This document shows positions 24,680 through 36,573 of a DNA stretch of 53,801 nucleotides, in pieces. Numbering within the stretch: the first letter of the stretch is position 1; each line of letters begins with the position of its first letter. Below the pieces are notes generated by a model that was not told the origin of the DNA, searched no databases, and was given only the letters and a program-made list of their open reading frames with translations. The stretch comes from Nemertoderma westbladi (taxonomy: Eukaryota; Animalia; Xenacoelomorpha): the NCBI GenBank assembly GCA_032718475.1, contig JAUCBJ010002606.1, forward strand, positions 1 to 53,801, given 5' to 3'. The position numbers and the translations under genes were made by a program.

Positions 24680-25222
24680 TGTGACGGGATCCAGGAGGGA
24701 TCCCGATTTATCCGGTGTGGTATTTTAGTCCACGCGTCCCCGCCGTGTATAAGGATGAAATAAAGTAACTGAGTTCTGAAGTTCGGTGTATAATAATAAT
24801 AGGGCATGGGATATAGATATAGATATAATGTGTACAAGGCGGGATACGGTAACTAAAGTCCCGTGATCCCCTAACTAAACTAAAGTACAATACCAACCTA
24901 CGCTAGCACTGCTGCACTGAGATAACTGAATCACTGATTAATAGGTTATTGGTTATATTGCACGGTGGCCTTATTGCTACTCAATCGATGCCTTGCCCCC
25001 CTCTGATTGGTTGTTACCCTTGTTGGCGCCCCGTGGAGTGTTCCCGTTCACTCCACCTGTTCTCTCTGGGTTAGGGGTTTGGCCCCTGACCCTCTATTGT
25101 GTGCTTCCTTCCCACTCTTATTGGGATGGCACGAGTTGGTTAATTGCCCAATCTCGTGGCTCCCAATATTGCTTATCGGCTTATAACTTTATGGGGTGTT
25201 AGCGGGATTGAATAAGCTAACA
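24680..25222 (-). repeat. 5' LTR (543 bp)
   Basis: Direct repeat of 18010-18552, followed by TSD CCTTT and resumption of the satellite in register. Confidence 0.97.
24924..25010 (-). promoter_or_regulatory. Putative LTR Pol II promoter: CCAAT (25010-25006), TATAA (24957-24953), Inr TCAGTT with A+1 at 24927
   Basis: TATA lies exactly 30 nt upstream of an arthropod-type initiator A; CCAAT at about -80. Confidence 0.6.
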
Positions 25223-27812
25223 CCTTTCCCGAACACCTCAGTTCCTAATACAGGGAGCAACCTTTCCCGAACACCTCAGTTCCTAATACAGGGAGCAACC
25301 TTTCCCGAACCCCTCAGTTCCTAAAACAGGGAGCAACCTTTCCCGAACACCTCAGTTCCTAATACAGGGAGCAACCTTTCCCGAACACCTCAGTTCCTAA
25401 CACAGGGAGCAAAAGTTCCTAATACAGGGAGCAACTTTTCCCGAACACCTCAGTTCCTAATACAGGGAGCAACCTTTCCCGAACCCCTCAGTTCCTAAAA
25501 CAGGGAGCAACCTTTCCCGAACACCTCAGTTCCTAACACAGGGAGCAACAGTTCCTAATACAGCGAGCAAAAGTTCCTAATACAGGGAGCAACCTTTCCC
25601 GAACACCTCAGTTCCTAATACAGGGAGCAACCTTTCCCGAACCCCTCAGTTCCTAATACAGGGAGCAACCTTTCCCGAACCCCTCAGTTCCTAGTACAGG
25701 GAGCAACCTCTCCCGAACACCTCAGTTCCTAATACAGGGAGCAACCTTTCCCGAACCCCTCAGTTCCTAAAACAGGGAGCAACCTTTCCCGAACACCTCA
25801 GTTCCTAACACAGGGAGCAACAGTTCCTAATACAGCGAGCAAAAGTTCCTAATACAGGGAGCAACCTTTCCCGAACACCTCAGTTCCTATCACAGGGAGC
25901 AACAGTTCCTAATACAGCGAGCAACAGTTCCTAATACAGGGAGCAACCTTTCCCGAACACCTCAGTTCCTAGTACAGGGAGCAACCTTTCCCGGACCCCT
26001 CAGTTCCTAATACAGGGAGCAACCTTTCCCGAACCCCTCAGTTCCTAATACAGGGAGCAACCTTTCCCGAACACCTCAGTTCCTAATACAGGGAGCAACC
26101 TTTCCCGAACCCCTCAGTTCCTAACACAGGGAGCAACAGTTCCTAATACAGCGAGAAACAGTTCCTAATACAGGGAGCAACCTATCCCGAACACCTCAGT
26201 TCCTAATACAGGGAGCAACAGTTCCTAATACAGCGAGCAACAGTTCCTAATACAGCGAGCAACATTTCCTAACACAGGGAGCAACAGTTCCTAATACAGC
26301 GAGAAACAGTTCCTAATACAGGGAGCAACCTATCCCGAACACCTCAGTTCCTAATACAGGGAGCAACAGTTCCTAATACAGCGAGCAACAGTTCCTAATA
26401 CAGCGAGCAACCGTTCCTAATACAGGGAGCAACCTTTCCCGAACACCTCAGTTCCTAACACAGGGAGCAACCTATACCGAACACCTCAGTTCCTAACACC
26501 GGGAGCAACCTATCCCGAACACCTCAGTTCCTAATACAGGGAGCAACCTTTCCCGAACACCTCAGTTCTTAACACAGGGAGCAACACTTCCTAATACAGC
26601 GAGCAACAGTTCCTAATACAGCGAGCAACAGTTCCTAATACAGCGAGCAACAGTTCCTAATACAGCGAGCAACAGTTCCTAATACAGGGAGCAACCTTTC
26701 CCGAACACCTCAGTTCCTAATACAAGGAGCAACCTTTCCCGAACACCTCAGTTCCTAATACAGGGAGCAACAGTTCCTAATACAGGGAGCAACCTTTCCC
26801 GAACAGCTCAGTTCCTAATACAAGGAGCAACCTATCCCGAACACCTCAGTTCCTAATACAGGGAGCAACCTTTCCCGAACACCTCAGTTCCTAATACAAG
26901 GAGCAACCTATCCCGAACACCTCAGTTCCTAATACAGGGAGCAACCTTTCCCGAACACCTCAGTTCCTAATACAGGGAGCAACCTATCCCGAACACCTCA
27001 GTTCCTAATACAGGGAGCAAACTTTCCCGAACACCTCAGTTCCTAATACAAGGAGCAACCTTTCCCGAACACCTCAGTTCCTAATACAGGGAGCAACAGT
27101 TCCTAATACAGGGAGCAACCTATCTCGAACACCTCAGTTCCTAATACAGGGAGCAACCTTTCCCGAACACCTCAGTTCCTAATACAGGGAGCAACCTATC
27201 CCGAACACCTCAGTTCCTAATACAGGGAGCAACCTATCCCGAACACCTCAGTTCCTAATACTGGGAGCAACCTATCCCGAACACCTCAGTTCCTAACACA
27301 GGGAGCAACCTTTACCGAACACCTCAGTTCCTAATACAGGGAGCAACCTTTCCCGAACACCTCAGTTCCTAATACAGGGAGCAACCTATCCCGAACACCT
27401 CAGTTCCTAATACAGGGAGCAACCTATCCCGAACACCTCAGTTCCTAACACAGGGAGCAACCTTTCCCGAACACCTCAGTTCCTAATACAGGGAGCAACC
27501 TTTCCCGAACACCTCAGTTCCTAATACAGGGAGCAACCTTTCCCGAACACCACAGTTCCTAATACAGGGAGCAACAGTTCCTAATACAGGGAGCAACCTT
27601 TCCCGAACACCTCAGTTCCTAATACAAGGAGCAACCTATCCCGAACACCTCAGTTCCTAATACAGGGAGCAACCTTTCCCGAACCCCTCAGTTCCTAATA
27701 CAGGGAGCAACAGTTCCTAATACAGGGAGCAACAGTTCCTAATACACGGAGCAACCTTTTCCGAACACCTCAGTTCCTAATACAGGGAGCAACCTTTCCC
27801 GAACACCTCAGT
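25223..27812. repeat. Minisatellite C (right part), same 38/22-bp units
   Basis: Continues in phase after the TSD. Confidence 0.99.
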
Positions 27813-27901
27813 GATGCATAATGATGAAGAAGTAAGTAGAATGGAAATCTCAGTGCACAATGGAATGATTCTGATAAAGTTGAGGAGTATTATACGATAA
27901 T

Positions 27902-28498
27902 CCTGGGATCATGAAGTCAGGTGAGGACCTTCGAATACGTAAGGGAAAGGCATGGGCAGCCTTGAATAGGCTTTCCAGGATTTGGAAGTCACCGAGAATT
28001 AATCGGAAACTTAAGGTCCGATTATTTAGAGCAGCAGTAGTTCCAGTACTCCTCTATGGGAGTCCATGCTGGGCTCTAACTGCTAAGGACACCAAATCTC
28101 TGGATGGCACATTCACAAGAATGCTACGTCGGGTTCATTGTGTCAAGTTCAATGCACACATCTCCAACCAGACACTATATAACATTGGAGGTGTCTCATT
28201 GGTTCCCCCAAGCTTGACACTAGAACAAAATCGCCTCCGCTTTGCAGGACATTGCTTTCGCCGTGAGGACCAGCCAGTGCATAATCTTGTACTTTGGCAG
28301 CCTCATGGAGTGAATAAGCATGGTGGACAGCCCATGACTTTCTTGAGACGCATCTTAAAGGACACTGGCCTTGAAGATGCGGATAATCTAGCAAATGTCA
28401 TGGGTGATAGGGAGTTGTGGCGGCGCAATTTTGGCGACAAGCCGGCACAGCATTCTTAAAAATACAGCTGCAATGCAGCATGCCGATCCTAGTAGTAG
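27902..28498 (+). mobile_element. 5'-truncated RTE-clade non-LTR retrotransposon (C-terminal 182 aa of the RT ORF, 27911-28459)
   Basis: RIRKGKAWAALNRLSRIWKS..KLKVRLFRAAVVPVLLYGS..W, RLRFAGHCFR and DRELWR are RTE C-terminal motifs; short 3' UTR ends in (TAG)n; 11-bp TSD TATACGATAAT at 27891-27901 and 28499-28509. Confidence 0.9.
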
Positions 28499-28887
28499 TA
28501 TACGATAATAAACTAATGCAATGAACAACTGAACTTACGTCATCAATATAATAGGCGTTCCACACAGCCATTCCATATAGACAGATAGGCTTCTATCGAG
28601 GAACTGATTGACAGGTTGGGAGAAATGTGTGATGCACTGCATCACACAAACTTAAAACTCGAACTCATTAACATAGTGATGCAAAATGTAAGTTTATTGC
28701 TCATTTTTTATTAATTTAATCTCATGGTGATTTGACCTCATGGACCCCCATGGTCTCTTTGGTGTCAAATTAGTTTAGTTTATATTACAACTGACAAATT
28801 TTTTTATTTTTTGACAGTTAATTTTACGTAGAAGACTAATCTGTCGGCGCAGTATATATTGTGAGGCTGCTTATACGCCAGTGCAGT

Positions 28888-30126
28888 GTTGACGTGTCGA
28901 GGTTCATGGTGGACGTGTCGTGGTTGATGGTTGACCTTTCACATATCTCACGGTTGATGGTTGAAGTGTCACATATGTCACGGTTGATGGTGGACGTGTT
29001 GCATATGTCACGGTTGATGTTTGACGTGTCATATATGTCACGGTTGATGGCTGACGTGTCACATATGTCACGGTTGATGGTTGACGTGTCACATATGTCA
29101 CGGTTGATGGTTGAAGTGTCATATGTAACGGTTGATGGTGGACGTGTTGCATATGTCACGGTTGATGTTTGACGTGTCACATATGTCACGGTTGATGGCT
29201 GACGTGTCACCTATGTCACGGTTGATGGTTGAAGTGTAACATATGTCACGGTTGATGGTGGACGTGTTGCATATGTCACGGTTGATGTTTGACGTGTCAC
29301 ATATGTCGGTTGATGTTTGACGTGTCACATATATCACGGTTGATGGCTGACGTGTTACATATGTCACGGTTGATGGTTGACGTGTCGCATGTCACGGTTG
29401 ATGGTTGACGTATCGCATATGTCACGGTTGATGGTTAACGTGTCACGGTTTATTGTTGAAGTGTCGTAGTTGATGGTTGAGGTGTCACATATGTCACGGT
29501 TGATGACTGGTCACATGTCACGGTTGATGGTTAACGTGTCGCATATGTCATGGTTGATGGTTGACGTCTTACATATGTCACGGTTGATGGTTTAGGTGTC
29601 ACATATGTCACGGTTGATGTATTGCATATTTCACGGTTGATGGTTAAAGTGTCATGGTTGATGGTTGACGTGTCGTGGTTGATGGTTGACGTTTCACATA
29701 TGTTACGGTTGATGGTTAACGTGTCGCATATGTCATGGTTGATGGTTGACATGTCACATATGTCACGGTTGATGACTGGTCACATGTCACGGTTGATGGT
29801 TAACGTGTCGCATATGTCATGGTTGATGGTTGACGTCTCACATATGTCACGGTTGATGGTTTAGGTGTCACATATGTCACGGTTGACGTATCGCATATTT
29901 CACGGTTGATGGTTAAAGTGTCATGGTTGATGGTTGAGGTGTCGTGGCGTCTTGCATATGTCACGGTTGATGGTTTAGGTGTCACATATGTCACGGTTTA
30001 CGTATCGCATATTTCACGGTTGATGGTTAAAGTGTCATGGTTGATGGTTGACGTGTCGTGGTTGATGGTTAACGTGTCACATATGTCACAGTTGATGGTT
30101 GATGTGTCACATATGTCACGGTTGAC
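28888..30126. repeat. Degenerate minisatellite D, ~30-bp unit GTCACGGTTGATGGTTGACGTGTCACATAT with 21-bp variants
   Basis: Tandem periodicity with many substitutions and block duplications. Confidence 0.97.
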
Positions 30127-31025
30127 TCACAATTATTGTCTCGTGGGAAAAGTTAATTAAAATAAGAGAAATTGCACAAAATTTTACACGTTTCTTTTAT
30201 CGAATCCCCCATACACTATTTCATCTACAAAATTGAAAGAGTAACGGAAATAAATATCCATTAAATATTTATTAACTTAGTTTTGGCTAATTAACTTTTT
30301 TCGTCTTCTTAAAAACAGTGAGCGGATAGAGGACAATCTGCATCACATGTTTTTTTTTTTTTTTTAAATTAGTTACCCAAAATCATTCATTGTAAATAAA
30401 AATTCTTGCAAATAATCTTCTATGCCTAATAAATCATTGTCTCTAATTTAATTAAATCTATGTAATTATTGGACATAGGCCTATATATACAGTATATATA
30501 AACTGAATACAATAGAAGCAAGCATCTTCAAAATGATGAGTGTCCTTTACTAAAATGGATAAAAACGAACTTTCCTTCACTAAATTTAAGATATTAGTGA
30601 AATAAAGTAAGAATAGTGAAAAAAGGAATTACTTTCAAATTTTTCAAATAAATAAGTATCTCTACTTGGAAACACTAAACCATTTGTAGAAACTAAATAT
30701 GAAATGACATTAAGAGCATCACAGAAATTATAGTTATGTAGACAACCGGTGGATTTAATGTAATCTGTTTTTGATTGGCACACTATGGCGCAGAGTTGTC
30801 GGGGAAACAATAAACTCTTATTATTAATTTAGAAGAGAAATTAATAAATAATTGCCGTTTAATTGCATCTGAAGTTTTTGTAAATCGCCATTGCCACTCA
30901 TATATTAATCTCCATATATCTTCAGTAGGCCTTATCTTATACACAGTGACGCATAAAGTTGGGAATTATGATTATTTAACAAAAGGAATAATTGTGCGAG
31001 AATAACTATTTACATACTTGTGAGT

Positions 31026-31327
31026 AAAGTAGCACTTTACAGTGTGATGATCCGAGTACTTTGTTACACGAACGAACGTTAGTGAGTGAGTGAAAATAAA
31101 GTCACGAGGATCATAACACTGTAAAGTACTTTATTCCAAAATTGTAACATTACTCAACGCCGTTAGTATTAACAGCGAGTCGTTATTTAGCACTTTACAA
31201 CATTAGAGGACATTACAGCATTGTATTGGTCTGTACATTTACTATTGTATTGGTGTTGTAAAGTCCCTTGTGTATGTGGTAACCAATGACGGCGAGCTGT
31301 AAAGTTACGGCGTTATTGGTTACCACG
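31026..31327. mobile_element. Cluster of imperfect palindromes, probable non-autonomous DNA transposon
   Basis: actttacagtgtgatgatcc...ggatcataacactgtaaagt (31034-31128); actttacaaca...tgttgtaaagt (31192-31264); ggtaaccaatgacg...cgttattggttacc (31278-31324). Confidence 0.5.
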
Positions 31328-31807
31328 TAAACAATAGGTGGTTTTTATTAATAATTGCCTGACAGCCAGATAGGCCTACTGCATTACCTACCGGTAGCTA
31401 TTAATAACCAGTACCTATAAACTATTAACATGGTTCCAAAAGCCACCATAAATATAAGCTAACTTTTTTATAACATAATTTATGTAATTTAATTAATAAT
31501 AATTTAATTCATACAACAACTAATTTAATCTGTGCAGTTTCTATCACTTATAGCATATATACAATCATTTCGTAATGTTGCAATTTTGGAATAAAGTAAG
31601 TTACGTAATTTTTGAAATTTTTACATTGTTTAGTGACGGAAGGGCAACCATATGTACATAGATAATGCATAATGATTGTAATTGAACCGTCTTACTGTGT
31701 ATGTTTATCCCTCTCTTTATAGTTCAAGAATTTTAGATTCAACTTTAAATCCCGACGGGAGAAAAACTACCATAGAAACATACAAGTACATAGAAAATTT
31801 TACCAGG

Positions 31808-34215
31808 AAAACAAGTACCGTGATATTGCTTAACCTACCTCCCATGCCACTATTATTTAATCTAAAACAAGTACCGTGATATTGCTTAACCTACCTCCCA
31901 TGCCACTATTATTTAATCTAAAACAAGTACCGTGATATTGCTTAACCTACCTCCCATGCCACTATTATTTAATCTAAAACAAGTACCGTGATATTGCTTA
32001 ACCTACCTCCCATGCCACTATTATTTAATCTAAAACAAGTACCGTGATATTGCTTAACCTACCTCCCATGCCACTATTATTTAATCTAAAACAAGTACCG
32101 TGATATTGCTTAACCTACCTCCCATGCCACTATTATTTAATCTAAAACAATACCGTGATATTGCTTAACCTACCTCCCATGCCACTATTATTTAATCTAA
32201 AACAAGTACCGTGATATTGCTTAACCTACCTCCCATGCCACTAATATTTAATCTAAAACAAGTACCGTGATATTGCTTAACCTACCTCCCATGCCACTAT
32301 TATTTAATCTAAAACAATACCGTGATATTGCTTAACCTACCTCCCATGCCACTATTATTTAATCTAAAACAAGTACCGTGATATTGCTTAACCTACCTCC
32401 CATGCCACTATTATTTAATCTAAAACAAGTACAGTGATATTGCTTAACCTACCTCCCATGCCACTATTATTTAATCTAAAACAAGTACCGTGATATTGCT
32501 TAACCTACCTCCCATGCCACTATTATTTAATCTAAAACAATACCGTGATATTGCTTAACCTACCTCCCATGCCACTAATATTTAATCTAAAACAAGTACC
32601 GTGATATTGCTTAACCTACCTCCCATGCCACTATTATTTAATCTAAAACAAGTACCGTGATATTGCTTAACCTACCTCCCATGCCACTATTATTTAATCT
32701 AAAACAAGTACAGTGATATTGCTTAACCTACCTACCTCCCATGCCACTATTATTTAATCTAAAACAAGTACAGTGATATTGCTTAACCTACCTCCCATGC
32801 CACTATTATTTAATCTAAAACAAGTACCGTGATATTGCTTAACCTACCTCCCATGCCACTATTATTTAATCTAAAACAAGTACCGTGATATTGCTTAACC
32901 TACCTCCCATGCCACTATTATTTAATCTAAAACAAGTACCGTGATATTGCTTAACCTACCTCCCATGCCACTATTATTTAATCTAAAACAAGTACCGTGA
33001 TATTGCTTAACCTACCTCCCATGCCACTATTATTTAATCTAAAACAAGTACCGTGATATTGCTTAACCTACCTCCCATGCCACTAATATTTAATCTAAAA
33101 CAAGTACCGTGATATTGCTTAACCTACCTCCCATGCCACTATTATTTAATCTAAAACAAGTACCGTGATATTGCTTAACCTACCTCCCATGCCACTATTA
33201 TTTAATCTAAAACAAGTACCGTGATATTGCTTAACCTACCTCCCATGCCACTATTATTTAATCTAAAACAAGTACCGTGATATTGCTTAACCTACCTCCC
33301 ATCCACTATTATTTAATCTAAAACAAGTACCGTGATATTGCTTAACCTACCTCCCATGCCACTATTATTTAATCTAAAACAAGTACCGTGATATTGCTTA
33401 ACCTACCTCCCATGCCACTATTATTTAATCTAAAACAAGTACCGTGATATTGCTTAACCTACCTCCCATGCCACTAATATTTAATCTAAAACAAGTACCG
33501 TGATATTGCTTAACCTACCTCCCATGCCACTATTATTTAATCTAAAACAAGTACCGTGATATTGCTTAACCTACCTCCCATGCCACTATTATTTAATCTA
33601 AAACAAGTACCGTGATATTGCTTAACCTACCTCCCATGCCACTATTATTTAATCTAAAACAAGTACCGTGATATTGCTTAACCTACCTCCCATGCCACTA
33701 TTATTTAATCTAAAACAAGTACCGTGATATTGCTTAACCTACCTCCCATGCCACTATTATTTAATCTAAAACAAGTACCGTGATATTGCTTAACCTACCT
33801 CCCATGCCACTATTATTTAATCTAAAACAAGTACCGTGATATTGCTTAACCTACCTCCCATGCCACTAATATTTAATCTAAAACAAGTACCGTGATATTG
33901 CTTAACCTACCTCCCATGCCACTATTATTTAATCTAAAACAAGTACCGTGATATTGCTTAACCTACCTCCCATGCCACTATTATTTAATCTAAAACAAGT
34001 ACCGTGATATTGCTTAACCTACCTCCCATGCCACTATTATTTAATCTAAAACAAGTACCGTGATATTGCTTAACCTACCTCCCATGCCACTATTATTTAA
34101 TCTAAAACAAGTACCGTGATATTGCTTAACCTACCTCCCATGCCACTATTATTTAATCTAAAACAAGTACCGTGATATTGCTTAACCTACCTCCCATGCC
34201 ACTATTATTTAATCT
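31808..34215. repeat. Minisatellite E, 56-bp unit AAAACAAGTACCGTGATATTGCTTAACCTACCTCCCATGCCACTATTATTTAATCT, ~43 copies
   Basis: Tandem periodicity of 56 bp, near-identical units. Confidence 0.99.
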
Positions 34216-34271
34216 GTTTTGGTATCTTAGTAGACTCGTAATTATCCCATATGGATAAAGGATTTAGGTAA

Positions 34272-35998
34272 AATGGATTCATAGGGCCAACTGTATTATG
34301 GGGATTCATAGGGCCAACTGTATTATGGATTCATAGGGCCAACTGTATTATGGATTCATAGGGCCAACTGTATTATGGATTCATAGGGCCAACTGTATTA
34401 TGGATTCATAGGACCAACTGTATTATGGATTCATAGGGCCAACTGTATTATGGATTCATAGGGCCAACTGTATTATGGATTCATAGGGCCAACTGTATTA
34501 TGGATTCATAGGGCCAACTGTATTATGGATTCATAGGGCCAACTGTATTATGGTTTCATAGGGCCAACTGTATTATGGATTCATAGGGCCAACTGTATTA
34601 TGGATTCATAGGGCCAACTGTATTATGGATTCATAGGGCCAACTGTATTATGGATTCATAGGGCCAACTGTATTATGGATTCATAGGGCCAACTGTATTA
34701 TGGATTCATAGGACCAACTGTATTATGGATTCATAGGGCCAACTGTATTATGGATTCATAGGGCCAACTGTATTATGGATTCATAGGGCCAACTGTATTA
34801 TGGATTCATAGGGCCAACTGTATTATGGATTCATAGGGCCAACTGTATTATGGATTCATAGGGCCAACTGTATTATGGATTCATAGGGCCAACTGTATTA
34901 TGGATTCATAGGGCCAACTGTATTATGGATTCATAGGGCCAACTGTATTATGGATTCATAGGACCAACTGTATTATGGATTCATAGGACCAACTGTATTA
35001 TGGATTCATAGGGCCAACTGTATTATGGATTCATAGGGCCAACTGTATTATGGATTCATAGGGCCAACTGTATTATGGATTCATAGGGCCAACTGTATTA
35101 TGGATTCATAGGGCCAACTGTATTATGGATTCATAGGGCCAACTGTATTATGGATTCATAGGGCCAACTGTATTATGGATTCATAGGGCCAACTGTATTA
35201 TGGATTCATAGGGCCAACTATATTATGGATTCATAGGGCCAACTGTATTATGGATTCATAGGGCCAACTGTATTATGGATTCATAGGGCCAACTGTATTA
35301 TGGATTCATAGGGCCAACTGTATTATGGATTGGTAGGGCCAACTGTATTATGGATTGGTAGGGCCAACTGTATTATGGATTCATAGGGCCAACTGTATTA
35401 TGGATTCATAGGGCCAACTGTATTATGGATTCATAGGGCCAACTGTATTATGGATTCATAGGGCCAACTGTATTATGGATTCATAGGGCCAACTGTATTA
35501 TGGATTGGTAGGGCCAACTGTATTATGGATTGGTAGGGCCAACTGTATTATGGATTCATAGGGCCAACTGTATTGTGGATTCATAGGGCCAACTGTATTA
35601 TGGATTCATAGGGCCAACTGTATTATGGATTCATAGGGCCAACTGTATTATGGATTCATAGGGCCAACTGTATTATGGATTCATAGGGCCAACTGTATTA
35701 TGGATTGGTAGGGCCAACTGTATTATGGATTGGTAGGGCCAACTGTATTATGGATTGGTAGGGCCAACTGTATTATGGATTGGTAGGGCCAACTGTATTA
35801 TGGATTGGTAGGGCCAACTGTATTATGGATTCATAGGGCCAACTGTATTATGGATTCATAGGGCCAACTGTATTATGGATTCATAGGGCCAACTGTATTA
35901 TGGTTTCATAGGGCCAACTGTATTATGGATTCATAGGGCCAACTGTATTATGGATTCATAGGGCCAACTGTATTATGGATTGGTAGGGCCAACTGTAT
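34272..35998. repeat. Minisatellite F, 25-bp unit TGGATTCATAGGGCCAACTGTATTA, ~69 copies
   Basis: Tandem periodicity; TTGGTA variant appears only after ~35330. Confidence 0.99.
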
Positions 35999-36399
35999 TT
36001 AAATTTTGATAAGTTGTTGGTGTTGGAGCTGCTAATACTGGACATTTTGGGGGTCAAAATAAGCTGTTCTATTGACTTTAGTTTATTGTTTTGGTTAAAA
36101 TAACGTGCCACTGTAACCTGCTCCTTTCCCTTAATTGATAATTTTGGAATCCGGATCCGGATCCGCGTTTTACACCTACCCACATTTTGGAAGGTAAAAG
36201 AAAACCGTCGCAATTTTTTAAAATTTGTTTTTGGAGAGTCAAAATAGAGAAATGTGTTTATCAACTCAAGTATTTATAGTTATTTGCATACATGGACTTT
36301 ATCGTCTTCACTGGCAAACAAAATTTAACGAAACAACTAAACCTCATTCAGAACAGGCAAAGCGGCAATGGGGAAGCGTTTTCTGAATCTATAATTAAG

Positions 36400-36573
36400 T
36401 TAATATTCTGATCTGATTCTCGCTCTCCCAAAACTTCCCGAACGCCTGACAGTAATCAGACGAAACATTCTCATTCCGCACGATGTCTGTTCTTCAAGGC
36501 TGATCAGATTTTGCGGATCAGTCAGCACATAATTATGATGATCCGATAATGCCATCACTGGGAATCGTAACTC
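36400..36573 (-). CDS. Possible terminal coding exon (57 aa, ELRFPVMALSDHH...RRSGSFGRARIRSEY*) of the host gene
   Basis: Good acceptor (ttgacttttcctattgtag|GAG); open in phase 0, matching the phase-0 donor at 39508; no homology recognised. Confidence 0.3.
   Translation of the reverse strand, partial: ELRFPVMALSDHHNYVLTDPQNLISLEEQTSCGMRMFRLITVRRSGSFGRARIRSEY

Larger units (their letters stand above)
18010..25222 (-). mobile_element. Full-length non-autonomous LTR retrotransposon (probably BEL/Pao-derived), 7213 bp
   Basis: Two 543-bp direct repeats with TG...CA ends; 5-bp TSD CCTTT at 18005-18009 and 25223-25227; PPT adjoining the 18010-18552 LTR on the minus strand; both long ORFs on minus; no RT (YxDD), protease (D[ST]G) or integrase DDE core recognisable. 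Confidence 0.95.

Noticed and set aside
28836-30160. Multiple repetitive ORFs (DTSTINRDIC / SRLMVDVSHM)
   Set aside because: Stop-free frames of a 30-bp minisatellite on both strands, broken by frameshifts.
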